NCBI GenBank assembly: GCA_963822445.1
Contig: CAWGHO010000002.1
Span: 2,176,001-2,240,000, forward strand
Length of the DNA: 64,000 nt
Reading direction: 5' to 3'
Source of the DNA: an uncultured Acidobacteriota bacterium
Lineage (GTDB): Bacteria; Acidobacteriota; Thermoanaerobaculia; Gp7-AA8
Within the stretch, counting starts at the first letter, position 1. Every line of letters begins with the position of its first letter. The translations under genes and the position numbers were made by a program. The notes below the pieces were generated by a model. It ran no database searches. It was not told where the DNA came from and worked only from the letters and a program-made list of their open reading frames with translations. Shown in pieces: positions 20,851-31,375 of this stretch.

Positions 20851-21059
20851 GGATTGGCGAAGCAGCTCGCCGAGTCGCCGCTTTCTATGATTACCCACTA
20901 GCAACATCCGCACTAGCCGACGGAGCACTCCTCGCTCTTACCGCAGGAACGTCCGGGCTGGCTCGAGCCTAGGCTGAAGCGGAAGTGCCTCATCGGCAGT
21001 CACTTATCGGCTCTCGTGGCATCCGTAACGCATCCGACGTAGAATCCAGAGCGAACTGT

Positions 21060-21287
21060 ATGAACTGGCAGCCCCACATCACCGTCGATCCCAACGTATG
21101 CCATGGTCAGGCCTGCGTCGCCGGAACGCGGGTCCTCGTATCCGTTGTACTCGACAACCTCGCTGCCGGAGTTCCGGAGCCGGAGATCGTTGCAAGCTAC
21201 CCGCGGTTGACCCCCGAGGCTATTCAAGCATGCCTCGCATACGCCGCGGACTTGGCGCGTGAAGAAGTCGTTGGCTTGCCCGCGTGA
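21060..21287 (+). CDS. DUF433 antitoxin
   Basis: DPNVCHGQACVAGTRV...YPRLTPEAIQACLAYAA. Confidence 0.9.
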   Translation: MNWQPHITVDPNVCHGQACVAGTRVLVSVVLDNLAAGVPEPEIVASYPRLTPEAIQACLAYAADLAREEVVGLPA

Positions 21288-21640
21288 AGTTCAAGGTAGA
21301 CGAGAATCTGCCCGATGAACTGAGTCAGCTTCTTCTCGACGCAGGGTGGGATTCACTCACCGTTGTCGAGCAACAACTTGGCGGCGCGCAGGATCCTCAA
21401 CTTGCTCAGGTGTGTCGTGACGAAGTGCGGGTCTTCGTCACCTTTGATCGCGGCTTCGCGAATATCCGTGCCTATCCGCCCTCTCAAAGCCCAGGCATGA
21501 TTGTCTTTCGCCTCAAGAGTCAAGACAAGCCTCACGTCCTCGAAACCGCAGAGCGTCTTGTCGTGGCTCTTTTACAGCGCGAAGTTCGCAACGAGTTGTG
21601 GATAGTTAGTGAGAACCGCATCCGCATACGGTCGCTATGA
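21284..21640 (+). CDS. DUF5615 PIN-like toxin
   Basis: MKFKVDENLP...FVTFDRGF. Confidence 0.9.
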   Translation: MKFKVDENLPDELSQLLLDAGWDSLTVVEQQLGGAQDPQLAQVCRDEVRVFVTFDRGFANIRAYPPSQSPGMIVFRLKSQDKPHVLETAERLVVALLQREVRNELWIVSENRIRIRSL

Positions 21641-21661
21641 GCCAGGCTTTTTCGGCGAACC

Positions 21662-21850
21662 GGCTAACTACTGCCAGAAGCTGGCGGCGGGCCGTTCGCC
21701 GCGCCCGGCGGCCGAGCCGCCTATCGGGTCCCGAGATGCGCGGCGTCACGCCGCTTGCAGCCGCGTCAACGTGAAATGCGGCAAGCGGCGTGCCGCGACT
21801 GCCCGCTCGCACGTGGGGCCTCGCCGCAGCTTAGGCGATAGACGTTAGGC
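21662..21850 (+). repeat. attC site 22
   Basis: GGCTAAC...GTTAGGC. Confidence 0.9.
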
Positions 21851-21924
21851 CGATGAGATGAGACTCGCTACTTCACGGTACCTTCGCCGCGGTCCGCTGT
21901 CGATCGTGTAAACTCTCCACAACG

Positions 21925-22635
21925 ATGAAAGTGTTCATTAGCCATGCAGCTGCCGATCGTGAAATTGCAGAGCGGATTGCCGCGGTGCTCGGCAGAGATG
22001 GTATGGAGGTGTTCACCTACTGGCATGACGTTGCCGCCGGCGAGGCGATTCGCGCACGCGTCTTCGAAGCCATCAATTCAAGTGACGCCGTTATTGTTCT
22101 TGTGTCAAGTTCCAGCGAACGAAGCATTGCGGTGTCAGAAGAGACGTCGGTTGCTCTGTATTCAGACCGCCACCTGCCAGTAAAAGTGATCCCCGTTATC
22201 GTGGAGGCAGGCATTCAGGTGCCGGTCATGCTTCGCGACATTCGAGGAGTAGATTTGAGCTCGCCTGATCGCTGGCAACGGGGTATCGATGACCTCCTAG
22301 CTGCGCTTCACATACCTTCGCGTGAGTCGTATCGCGATGAGTGGGACTATATCCGTGCGTCAAGGGATGCCCTTGAGGTTGAGAAGTTGGAATATGAATT
22401 CGCTCGGCGGAAGCACGGGCTGGAAGCGATCGTTGGGGTAATGTCGCGGGCAACAACGGCAGGTGGCCTGCTTGTAGCTGGCGTCGCCATCTGGTTGTCT
22501 AGCGAACTATCGCTTGTTGCATTCTCTCGGGCAGCGCCCGATATTGTTAAGATTTTCTTGACTCTCTTGGGTCCCGTCGCGGCGTTCGCATTCGGTTACT
22601 ACTTTGGCACGCGCTCTAAGGCGGATAGGCCATGA
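21925..22635 (+). CDS. TIR-domain protein with two C-terminal TM helices
   Basis: KVFISHA, V.EE and VIPV motifs; TM segments ending FGYYFG. Confidence 0.85.
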   Translation: MKVFISHAAADREIAERIAAVLGRDGMEVFTYWHDVAAGEAIRARVFEAINSSDAVIVLVSSSSERSIAVSEETSVALYSDRHLPVKVIPVIVEAGIQVPVMLRDIRGVDLSSPDRWQRGIDDLLAALHIPSRESYRDEWDYIRASRDALEVEKLEYEFARRKHGLEAIVGVMSRATTAGGLLVAGVAIWLSSELSLVAFSRAAPDIVKIFLTLLGPVAAFAFGYYFGTRSKADRP

Positions 22636-23018
22636 AAGAGGAGGACGTTACACCGCTGGTCGTCGCGCGTGCTGGCGAGATGCTGCGGCAAGAGCGCGAG
22701 ACCTTCGATCAGAGGAAGCAGCATGAAGACCGGTGGTTCCGTTTACGGCTTACGATGGGATATTCGTCTATCGCGTTGCTTGCCGGTATCATGTGCCTTT
22801 GTATGTATATTATTTTCAACGCGGCGAAGTTTCCGGCCACGGTAATTACATCGGCCGGCGCGGCGCTATTCGTAGACGTTCTAGGCTTGTTGCTCGGAGT
22901 GTGGAAAATTGCCCTTAATCCGAACTTCATGGCCACGTTGACACCGGTCACACGAGTGAGCGTTCCAGCTCCCGAAAACGAGTCAGAGAGCAAGCCTCCT
23001 CCAGAGATCACGGCCTAA
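22632..23018 (+). CDS. Two-TM membrane protein coupled to the TIR gene
   Basis: ATGA overlap; two hydrophobic segments; stop in R''. Confidence 0.8.
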   Translation: MKEEDVTPLVVARAGEMLRQERETFDQRKQHEDRWFRLRLTMGYSSIALLAGIMCLCMYIIFNAAKFPATVITSAGAALFVDVLGLLLGVWKIALNPNFMATLTPVTRVSVPAPENESESKPPPEITA

Positions 23019-23202
23019 CTCTTGTGTGAAGCCGGCGCCGGGCCGTTTGCCGGGCCCGGCGGCCGAGCCGCCTACCGCGTCCCGAGACGCATGGCGTCAC
23101 GCCGCCCGCAACCGCGTCAAGCGACAATCGGCGGCAGGCGGCGTGCCGCTCTGCCCGCACGCGCGCGGGGCCTCGGCGCGGCTTACACAAAGAACGTTAG
23201 GC
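23013..23202 (+). repeat. attC site 23
   Basis: GCCTAACTCTTGTG...CACAAAGAACGTTAGGC. Confidence 0.9.
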
Positions 23203-23272
23203 CGTCCTGGCCACAGCGCTTCGCGTCCTTGTCACCTTCTCGTCGAATTTCGCGTCTATCAATCTGTTCGCC

Positions 23273-23580
23273 TTCCCCCTCGCAGCTGACAGCATCCCGA
23301 GGTTGCGGGCCGCGACCAGCAAAACGCGCTTCCCGCATGCCCAAATGTGCCGTCGGTCCCTTCTCGCACACCGCCCGCGGTAGACCGACGGCACACTTGG
23401 CCATCACACCCGCCCGGCGCACGCTCATCGCGGCCCTGACAGCACGCACCGCCGCCCTCGCGCGCCGAACTCACGAATGCATCCGTGTCACGGCGGTTGC
23501 GGTCTCTCCAATGACTTACTCCTCGGTCGCGGGCAACCGCCGCGCCACGGGCCAGAGCGTAAATTCGGCGCGCTCACACC
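23273..23580. ncRNA. Candidate structured element family B, copy 2
   Basis: Same two-hairpin architecture as 12681-12988. Confidence 0.5.
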
Positions 23581-23823
23581 CCGCTTGCGCTGCTCCCATC
23601 CCGACGGATAGTTGCGTCAACCAACTTTAGCGAGCGGCGGCGACACACTTTCGCAAGAAAGGTGTCAAATCGATATCGACCATACCTACCGACGCCGGTA
23701 GCCGACCCATGCTGGCGGCCGTCTACGTCGCTATGTCCGAGCGTTTGGGCGGATGGTTCGTTGTACGCTGTCGTTTGGCCGTTGGCCGGGCTTGTAACAT
23801 TTGATTTCAGGAGGCAGACGTAT

Positions 23824-24342
23824 ATGGCACTCAGGACCTGCGCCGACTGCGGCGCTCAGGTTTCGACTGCAGCCAGCGCGTGCCCATCGTGCGGTCGTCC
23901 AGTCACCAAGCCACTTCTGCAGCGAAACGTCGGTTGCGGCGGCTGCCTCGTTCTGCTTGTTCTACTCTTCATCATCGGATCACTTGTCTCACCCGACAAA
24001 GGCGAGCCACGGCCGCCCAAGCCGTCATCAACACCCGCTGAAACAAGGCAACTCGGAAGCGGCAATCGGCAAGTACATCTTCGTCGACTCGTGAACGATC
24101 TGTCGCCGCTGTTGTTGAGGTATGAAGAGACTGGTCCCGCCTCCGTAAACCTGTATATCGATCATGAAGGTTGGAATGGGATGAGCCGCGATCAGCAACA
24201 ACAACTAATGGATACGCTGGCATCAAAGCAGATTGTTCGGGACATCGGCGCCACGCTACATCTATACGTTCTTCAAACCGAAGTCGGAACGATTGGTCCC
24301 GGCTGGAGTGGTGAGTGGAAGTTCCGTCGCACGAACGGGTGA
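23824..24342 (+). CDS. Zinc-ribbon membrane protein
   Basis: AGGAGG RBS; CADC...CPSCG followed by a TM helix. Confidence 0.85.
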   Translation: MALRTCADCGAQVSTAASACPSCGRPVTKPLLQRNVGCGGCLVLLVLLFIIGSLVSPDKGEPRPPKPSSTPAETRQLGSGNRQVHLRRLVNDLSPLLLRYEETGPASVNLYIDHEGWNGMSRDQQQQLMDTLASKQIVRDIGATLHLYVLQTEVGTIGPGWSGEWKFRRTNG

Positions 24343-24398
24343 CGAGTTCAGCCAACGCAGCTCGTTTCGGCGGCGACACAACGGTTCCGCGACGAGCG

Positions 24399-24597
24399 GC
24401 CTAACTACTGCCAGGAGCTGTCGGCGGGCTGGCTCCGTGGCTCGTCGGCCGAGCCGACTCGGCCGACTCCAACCTGCGCGGCGTCACGCCCGTTGCAGTT
24501 CGCTCCTGCCGTCAAAGGCGTTGGTCGCGGCAACGGCCGCGCCGCTCTGCTGATTGCGCCGGTGAACCCGCCGCAGCTCAGGCGACAGACGTTAGGC
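24399..24597 (+). repeat. attC site 24
   Basis: GCCTAAC...GTTAGGC. Confidence 0.9.
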
Positions 24598-24762
24598 CGA
24601 CGAACGGAAGACGAAAGTTTGAAACGTTTCGTCGTGATTCTTCACTACCTCTATGCAGGTCGCCAGACGACATGCTGAACGCCCGCGCTGCGGGGTCTTT
24701 ACGTTCGTTCCGCGAGCCGAGCACGAGCGCGGCCACCGTCGACTTACAATGAGGAGGACGCC

Positions 24763-25539
24763 ATGCTGAGAATCGCCGTCGTGTTTAGTTCAACTTTGTG
24801 CATCGTTTCAATCGCACTGCAAGCACAAGAACGACCGTCGCCACCGCGAACACCCAATCAGGTAGTGCCAATCGTAGGCCACGTATCCGGCAGTGGAGGC
24901 AGTGAGTTCAGGAGCGACTTGAAGATCTATAACCCGTCGTCGACGCCGCTGACTCTGACATTAATCTACACACCACGGAACCAATCCGCATCCACTGCCG
25001 ACGCGTCGGAGGTGCTTTCAATTGCTCCGTTCGAAGTGGTCTTTCTCGAGGACGTATACGATTTCGCATTCCCAGGACAAAGCGGTGCTGCGAGGCTTGC
25101 CCTTGTTCTAGCCGATCCGTACGGGCCGGCGCTTGTGACGGACACCTCAACCTATACTCTCGTTGGCCAGAAGGGCGAGCTTGGGCAGAGCCCGACGATA
25201 TTCACAGAGGCCCAGTACTTCGGCACAGGTGTTAAGCTGATCGGACTCCTTGGTAAGGCCACTGAACGCACGAATCTGTTCGTGATGACCGGTCAATCGG
25301 GTGTCACCATACGGTGGCGGTATAGGACTAGCTATGGCGACCCGATACAGCTGGTTGTTCGTACCTATTCACCTAACGCAACGTTTCAGTTCGGTGCTAC
25401 CGATCTTCTTGGGTTTCCGCCCGAGGCAAACGCCTCTCTTGAGGCGACGATCGAATCGGGAAGTGCACGGATTGCACTGAGTCCCGTCAACAACATGACG
25501 AATCAAGGCCGCTGGGCCGACTTTAAGGTCGTGCCGTAG
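24763..25539 (+). CDS. Secreted beta-rich hypothetical protein
   Basis: GAGGAGG RBS; signal peptide; VVPIVGHVSGSGGSEFRSDLKIYNP. Confidence 0.8.
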   Translation: MLRIAVVFSSTLCIVSIALQAQERPSPPRTPNQVVPIVGHVSGSGGSEFRSDLKIYNPSSTPLTLTLIYTPRNQSASTADASEVLSIAPFEVVFLEDVYDFAFPGQSGAARLALVLADPYGPALVTDTSTYTLVGQKGELGQSPTIFTEAQYFGTGVKLIGLLGKATERTNLFVMTGQSGVTIRWRYRTSYGDPIQLVVRTYSPNATFQFGATDLLGFPPEANASLEATIESGSARIALSPVNNMTNQGRWADFKVVP

Positions 25540-25558
25540 GTAAACAGCGGTGGCCGCG

Positions 25559-25748
25559 GCCTAACTACTGCCAGAAGCTGGCAGCGGGCCGTTTGCCGCG
25601 CCCGGCGGCCGAGCCGCCTACCGGGTCCCAAGGTGCACAGCGTCACGCCGCTTGCAGATCTCGTCGTTCGTGAATCGCGGCAAGCGGCGTGCCGCTCTGC
25701 CCGCACGCGCGGGGCGCCTCGCTGCAGCTTAGGCGATAGACGTTAGGC
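25559..25748 (+). repeat. attC site 25
   Basis: GCCTAAC...GTTAGGC. Confidence 0.9.
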
Positions 25749-25818
25749 GGTCGTCTGCACGAACGCTCCGCGTCCATGTAGATTTTTACTACGAGGACTC
25801 GTCCTTCAATCGGCACGC

Positions 25819-26129
25819 TTCCTCCGCGCAGCTGAATCCATCGCCAGGTTGCGGGGCCGCGACCAGCCTGCCCGCACGCGCAGTTGTGCTCCATTCGGCC
25901 CCTTCACACCCGCCCGCCACCCGCGGTAGGCCGAATGGAGCACAACTGCGCTTCACACCCACCCGGCGCATGCTCGTCGCAGCCCTGACGGAGCGCACCA
26001 CCCGCCCGCACGCGACGAACTCCTGAGTGCATCGGTGTCACCGCGGTTGCAGGTCCGCTCCCGCCGACCTGTCGGTGGTCGCGGCAACCGCGGCGCCACC
26101 GATGCGCTCAGGAATTCGCCGCGCTTACA
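25819..26129. ncRNA. Candidate structured element family B, copy 3
   Basis: Same architecture with different stem sequences. Confidence 0.5.
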
Positions 26130-26334
26130 GCCGGCGACCGCTGCTCCCGCCCGTGTCTTTTGGGGCGGCGCTTACATGCGAATCCCATTTTCGGCCGCTG
26201 TCGCTAGGCGGACGAAGGAACATCCGGTCACAGCGCTTCTACCAGATATCGAACATGCAGCTCAGCGCGGTGTAGACTTACCGACGTGCGTACCGTCAAG
26301 ATCGAGACATTACGCGCAAGGCGGAGAACATAGC

Positions 26335-27282
26335 GTGTCTCCAAAACTATCATTCTTCATCAGTTACGCACACGCCGACCGATCACTTGCGGTAGCTATT
26401 GCCGATGAACTTGAGCGTGCTGGTATGCGCGTGTGGGTCGATGAAGGCGAGTTGCGCGCTGGGGATTCGATCGTAGAGCGCATCGCCGATGCTGTCGACC
26501 AGGTAGACTTTGTCGTAGCGCTCGTCACGCGACGCGCTGTAGCCTCGAATTGGTGCAAGAAGGAATTGGCGCTCGCGATACAGGGAGGCTTGCGCGAGGG
26601 CAGCGTCCGATTGTTGCCATTGCGGGTTGACGACGTTGAGATGCCTCCGTCGTTACGTGATCTTTTCCACCTTCATGTCGATTCTCGGAACCCTATGCCC
26701 GTCGTACGTAAGCTCGTCGCCGACGCGTGGTCGCATTTTCGTGAACAGCAGTTGGATTCATGCTTTCTCGGCAGAGTTGTGTCAGTTTTACAACCGACAA
26801 CAACTCTCAGCGCCGAGCGACAGCAAGCACTAAAGCTTGCTCTGCGTAGCAATGACGACGACTACAACTCGGCCGCGCGCGCTGAAAAATTGCTAGCGAA
26901 GGATCTAAGTGTGCCAGCCGCTGAAATTCTTTACGAAGATGCATTGGATGACGCATTAACCGATCGTAACGCTGGCTTCGGCGTATCGGGGCTCGCAAGG
27001 CTTGGTCCGCTGGCCGCGCCGTGGCTGTATCAAATGCTGAGCCATGACGATGATCGTGTCGTCCGTGACGCTTTTGACGCTCTCGCGCATACACGTTCGA
27101 TAATTTTCTCCGATATGCGGGAATACCTGCTGGATACCATCGATGCTATTGTTAAACACGCGGATTGGTCCGCCTGCGCAAAGAGATTGAAAGAGTCGTG
27201 CAGTGACGAAGATAGAACGGACAGGCTAGCGTTCATGCTGGGCTACGCAAGCGACTACCGCAGGAACTTTGCCAAAGGCTAA
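26335..27282 (+). CDS. TIR-domain protein with helical (HEAT-like) C-terminus
   Basis: FFISYAHAD, VWVD and SNWCKKEL motifs; GTG 26335 after GGAG. Confidence 0.85.
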   Translation: MSPKLSFFISYAHADRSLAVAIADELERAGMRVWVDEGELRAGDSIVERIADAVDQVDFVVALVTRRAVASNWCKKELALAIQGGLREGSVRLLPLRVDDVEMPPSLRDLFHLHVDSRNPMPVVRKLVADAWSHFREQQLDSCFLGRVVSVLQPTTTLSAERQQALKLALRSNDDDYNSAARAEKLLAKDLSVPAAEILYEDALDDALTDRNAGFGVSGLARLGPLAAPWLYQMLSHDDDRVVRDAFDALAHTRSIIFSDMREYLLDTIDAIVKHADWSACAKRLKESCSDEDRTDRLAFMLGYASDYRRNFAKG

Positions 27283-27353
27283 TGGTTGTCGTGTCGCTGC
27301 GTCACAGCCAGAGACCAAGGGTGCAGGGTTACGCAACCGCCGGGACTCGCCGC

Positions 27354-28289
27354 CTAACTGTTGCGTCTCAGGACGTTGTTCCGATCCAGGCGACTGATGG
27401 GTGGATTGTAAGAGAGCGCGGTATGCGCTCGGTGGTAGTTGTAGAAGTGAAGGTACGGTGCGAGCCAACGGCGCCGTTCCTCGGAGCTGTGGTACGAGAA
27501 CCGATAGGCCCATTCGCGCAGCAGCGTCTGGATGAACCGCTCCGCTTTACCGTTCGTCCGTGGTGTGTACGGCCGGATGCGGACGTGAGTGAGGTTCAGG
27601 CGGCTGCAGGTATCCCGGAAGTCGCGTGAGATGAAGGCCGATCCGTTGTCGGTCATCACCCGCTCGACGATGACATTCCGCTGAGCGAACCACGCCACCG
27701 CCCGAGTCAAAAACGAGCTGGCAGTCTCGCTACGCTCATCTGCCAGGACGTCGACGTAGGAGAGTCGGGTGAAGTCATCCGTCGCGACGTACACGAACTC
27801 GAAGCCCTGCTTCTTTGAGCCAAACGATCGACGCCTGGTGATGCGGTGTCCCACTCGATTGAACCGTCCCAGGCGCTTGATGTCGATGTGCACCAGTTCC
27901 CCCGGACGCTCCTTCTCGTACCGAATTGGCACTGTTGCCGGCTCAAGCTGACGCAACCGAGCCAGCCCTGCTGACCGGCAGATCCGCGCTGCTGTCGACG
28001 CACTCACGCCCACTGCCTGCGCGATCTGTCGCACAGTCCGCCATTCGCGGCGAAGACTCAGAACACGCTGTCGTTTTATGTCGCTCGTGGCCCGGCCCCT
28101 GTGCGGTCTGGAGCTCCGATCGTTAAGCGGCTCGACCCTCAGACCACGACGGATCCACTCCCGCCCTCGCCGGTCACTCATACCGGCGGCCTCCGACGCC
28201 TCGCGCACCGACCATCCTTGTTCGCAGACTCGTTTGACCAGCAGTGCTCGACTCAACGGGCAGCTTCGCGCATTCTTGTGCACGTCCAT
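27354..28289 (-). CDS. IS481-family DDE transposase
   Basis: HKNAR, GELVHIDIK, TDNG and PRTNGKAERF motifs. Confidence 0.95.
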   Translation of the reverse strand: MDVHKNARSCPLSRALLVKRVCEQGWSVREASEAAGMSDRRGREWIRRGLRVEPLNDRSSRPHRGRATSDIKRQRVLSLRREWRTVRQIAQAVGVSASTAARICRSAGLARLRQLEPATVPIRYEKERPGELVHIDIKRLGRFNRVGHRITRRRSFGSKKQGFEFVYVATDDFTRLSYVDVLADERSETASSFLTRAVAWFAQRNVIVERVMTDNGSAFISRDFRDTCSRLNLTHVRIRPYTPRTNGKAERFIQTLLREWAYRFSYHSSEERRRWLAPYLHFYNYHRAHTALSYNPPISRLDRNNVLRRNS

Positions 28290-28392
28290 CTGGGTTCCTT
28301 CCTGTCAACCTGTTCGTTTGAGAGCTTTCAGATTGACGAAAGTCGCCCGGATGGACAACCCGCTTCAAGGAACAACGTCCTGACACATCACA
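27359..28392 (-). mobile_element. IS481-family element copy 1, inserted in attC R''
   Basis: 1034 bp; TGT...ACA inverted repeats; CCTAAC on both sides. Confidence 0.95.
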
Positions 28393-28587
28393 CCTAACTA
28401 CTGCCCGAAGCTGTCACGGCCCGGCTTCGGTCCGGCGGCCGAGCCGCCTACTTCAGCGCCAGCTTCACGGCGTCACGCCGGTTGCAGATCGGCAGGCGTT
28501 GCATCAACTTCTCGCCGGCAACCGCCGTGCCGCTGGGGCTTCGGCACGTGGGCCCTGGCCGTGCAGCTTAGGCGATGGACGTTAGGC
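28393..28587 (+). repeat. attC site 26 (IS481 at R'')
   Basis: CCTAAC...GTTAGGC. Confidence 0.9.
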
Positions 28588-28713
28588 CGACCCAAAGACC
28601 CAGACGGGCGCGCGTAACTCACCGTCCGACAGTCGCGAGCAACCTCGATCAAGTGTCTTGAGGGTAGGGGTTTAACCATCTCCAGACACTCCTAGGCGTA
28701 CTACGAGGGGCCA

Positions 28714-29454
28714 ATGCAAACAGCCATCACGGTAGCGCTCATATCTGCCGCCGTCGCTTTATCCTCGGCGGCGTTCGCGTTTTGGGGCCAGGTGAGGTTG
28801 AAGAGACTTTCGTCCGACATCGACGGTCTTCAGGAGCGCGAACGCGAGCGGCGCGACGCCGCGAAGGTGGCCCGCAAGTACCATGAGCCGCTTGCTCGGT
28901 CCGCCTACGATTTCCAAAGCCGCCTGTACAATCTGCTCGGCAAAGATTTTGCCGGTCGTTACCTTGACCGAGGTAACGAGCGCGAGCGCGACTATGCGGT
29001 CTACAACACGGTGTTCTTGATCGCGCAATACTTCGCGTGGACGGAGATCATTCGCATTGCTATTCAGTACGTTGATCTGGGCAGTGACGATCAGACTAGA
29101 CAGTTCGCGCGTCTTCAAGACAAGATCTTCGCGCTTTTCACGACGGACCGATTTCCCTCAGCGTTTCGCGTCTTTGCCGGCGAGCAGCGCGCCCTCGGAG
29201 AGTGGATGATTCGACAGACCGATTTAGGCCCCGAATGTGTCGGTTACGGCACGTTTGTCGAGCGGATGCGGTCAAACGAGGGCACCGACCCGATAGCGAG
29301 GTATCTTGCCGACGACGTGAAACAGTTCGCAAGTGATACGGCGGGTCGGCGGCTCGCGGAAATTCAGAACGCCCTGATCGATCTGCTGGATTTCTTAGAT
29401 CCTGCTTGCGTGCGCTTCGACAAAATGAATAGAACGAAGATCCCGGCGGCCTAA
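28714..29454 (+). CDS. Hypothetical protein with N-terminal TM anchor
   Basis: 246 aa; stop codon lies in GCCTAAC. Confidence 0.8.
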   Translation: MQTAITVALISAAVALSSAAFAFWGQVRLKRLSSDIDGLQERERERRDAAKVARKYHEPLARSAYDFQSRLYNLLGKDFAGRYLDRGNERERDYAVYNTVFLIAQYFAWTEIIRIAIQYVDLGSDDQTRQFARLQDKIFALFTTDRFPSAFRVFAGEQRALGEWMIRQTDLGPECVGYGTFVERMRSNEGTDPIARYLADDVKQFASDTAGRRLAEIQNALIDLLDFLDPACVRFDKMNRTKIPAA

Positions 29455-29645
29455 CGTCTGTCGCCTGAGCTGCGGCGGGTTCACCGACGCAAACGGCAGA
29501 GCGGCGCGGCCGTTGCCGCGACCAACGCCTTTTCAGGCAGGAGCGACCTGCAACGGACGTGACGCCGCGCAGGTTGGAGTCGGCCGAGTCGGCTCGGCCG
29601 ACGGGCCACGAAGACAGCCCGCCGACAGCTCCTGGCAGTAGTTAG
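29449..29645 (-). repeat. attC site 27, inverted (IS1595 element at its R'')
   Basis: Reverse complement of the CTAACTACTGCCAGG...GGCGACAGACGTTAGGC consensus. Confidence 0.9.
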
Positions 29646-29706
29646 GGCATCAATATACTTGCCTCACCTGTCGAGAGACGGTAGGATGCTGTAACAGTCC
29701 TAATCC

Positions 29707-30633
29707 ATGGCCGATAAGCCTTTGGTTCACCCGCTCTCGCGGTCGCAGTTCTATGCCGAATGCCTCCGGCACGCGACCACCGGCGCATGGGGTTGGATAG
29801 GCAACGTGTCCACCGTGATGGCACTCGCTCTACCGCTAGTGAAGTCGTTGTGGCCGAAGGCTTACGCGCAAGCCGCTGCCCTGCTGGCGTCTATGCGTCT
29901 GGGCGAGGAGTTGCTCTGGATCTTTCCGATGTCGGCAGGTGCGCTGATTTTGGTGGCTCGGTTCCTTACGGCTGGCTTTCTCATTTATTCCAACAAGCCA
30001 GCGGGCGTGGCATCGGTGGCCCCGCCAAAACCGAAGGTGAAATTGCAGGCGCATCGCTATCAAGTGAAGGTAGAAACAAGTCACTTGTCTCCGATTCTGC
30101 AGCGCGTTGTTAAGGGCACTTTTTATACCACCGCAATTCGTGGTCATAATTTCGGAGAAGCGGACGCGGTCAACGTGCGAGCCGTTATCGCGATTCCGCA
30201 TACTGACTACACCATGGACGTAGCTATAGACCAAGTAGGGCGAACGGAGCCGGTCAAGGCTGAAGTTGACCTTCTCGTCGCTGGCAAGCCATGGAAGGGT
30301 TCCACGACGGACAACATAACTGCTTTTTTGCGGGAGGCGCGGACGCAGTCTTTCAAGAATGCCGAAGCGCACCAGAATCAAACCGCAAAAGGCGGCGGAG
30401 AAGAAAGCGCTGAAGCGCTACAGATCAGCCGAGATGCAGTCTACGCTGTAGCTGGGCAGGAAGAGATCGGCTCGAATCTGGTCGTTGAGTTCGAGGCTAC
30501 GTATGCTGACTTTGAGGGTGCACCATTCAGTAAGCGGCACGTGTTGACGTTTACGCCGAAAGGGAAGCTGACGATTACTCTCGATCAGAAATCGGCGGCA
30601 GCGCCTGTTCCCGGCCCGGAGCGCGCTTCCTAG
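29707..30633 (+). CDS. Passenger hypothetical membrane protein
   Basis: 308 aa; two N-terminal TM segments then a beta-rich domain. Confidence 0.7.
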   Translation: MADKPLVHPLSRSQFYAECLRHATTGAWGWIGNVSTVMALALPLVKSLWPKAYAQAAALLASMRLGEELLWIFPMSAGALILVARFLTAGFLIYSNKPAGVASVAPPKPKVKLQAHRYQVKVETSHLSPILQRVVKGTFYTTAIRGHNFGEADAVNVRAVIAIPHTDYTMDVAIDQVGRTEPVKAEVDLLVAGKPWKGSTTDNITAFLREARTQSFKNAEAHQNQTAKGGGEESAEALQISRDAVYAVAGQEEIGSNLVVEFEATYADFEGAPFSKRHVLTFTPKGKLTITLDQKSAAAPVPGPERAS

Positions 30634-30745
30634 GCTCATGCTTAGCCACGTCCCTCTTATCGACTCGGAACAGCGCGCGCGCGAGCCGCTGGAATCGCTC
30701 CCAGCCTTCGCGGGCTTCGGCCTCGGGAATGGGTTTCTCGTCCAT
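30575..30745 (-). CDS. Small 56-aa passenger ORF (not in ORF track)
   Basis: MDEKPIPEAEAREGWERFQRLARALFRVDK...; TATCAT 6 nt before the ATG. Confidence 0.4.
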   Translation of the reverse strand: MDEKPIPEAEAREGWERFQRLARALFRVDKRDVAKHEPRKRAPGREQALPPISDRE

Positions 30746-30763
30746 GCCGCGATGATACGCCCG

Positions 30764-31048
30764 TCAGTACTCAACCACGAACGTCTCACGCTGCACCGGC
30801 CCGCGACGGGGCTGCATGCGGCTGCGAATGACGGAGCGGTTCTCGTCCACGAAGTCCCGCGCGGCCTGCTCCAGCCGCTCCCGTGCTTCCTCCAGCGTCC
30901 GCCCGTGTACCGAGACTCCGATCAGCTCCTCGACAGTGCCCGTAAAGCCGTCCGCGTCTTCGACGTAGATCGCCGTGAGCATGGCGCGGTATTCGGTGAA
31001 GTCGTGAAGGACCGGCCCGCGCTTGGAACTCTTCCGCTTCGTCGCCAT
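30764..31048 (-). CDS. HicB-like antitoxin-family protein
   Basis: GFTGTVEELIGVSVHGRTLEEARERL; GGAGG RBS. Confidence 0.7.
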   Translation of the reverse strand: MATKRKSSKRGPVLHDFTEYRAMLTAIYVEDADGFTGTVEELIGVSVHGRTLEEARERLEQAARDFVDENRSVIRSRMQPRRGPVQRETFVVEY

Positions 31049-31121
31049 GAGATTCCTCCCGAAGCGACAGGATACTGTCTGTTGCGGGGCAACACAATCG
31101 TGTCCCATCACACCGTACGTG

Positions 31122-31340
31122 ATGGCGTCCGATGCCGCACAGCTTCGCTCCCTCGGGAAGAGAGTCCGCGAGTTACGGAAAGCGCGCGGGTTGAGTCAGG
31201 AGCGGCTCGCGGAACTCGCCGAGGTTCACGAGAACCACATCCGACGAATCGAGGCAGGAACGGCGAATCCGTCCTACCTGGTTCTGCTCAGGATCGCCCG
31301 CGCGCTGGATGTGCGCGCGGGCAAGCTGATCGAAGAGTAA
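31122..31340 (+). CDS. XRE-family HTH regulator
   Basis: LGKRVRELRKARGLSQERLAE...IEAGTANPS. Confidence 0.9.
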   Translation: MASDAAQLRSLGKRVRELRKARGLSQERLAELAEVHENHIRRIEAGTANPSYLVLLRIARALDVRAGKLIEE

Positions 31341-31375
31341 GGCGTGAAGCTATCGCTTACCGCGACGCTGGCGCT

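Noticed and set aside
26203-26216. GCTAGGCGGACGAA as an extra degenerate cassette boundary
   Set aside because: It resembles a cassette start but has no attC palindrome directly upstream.
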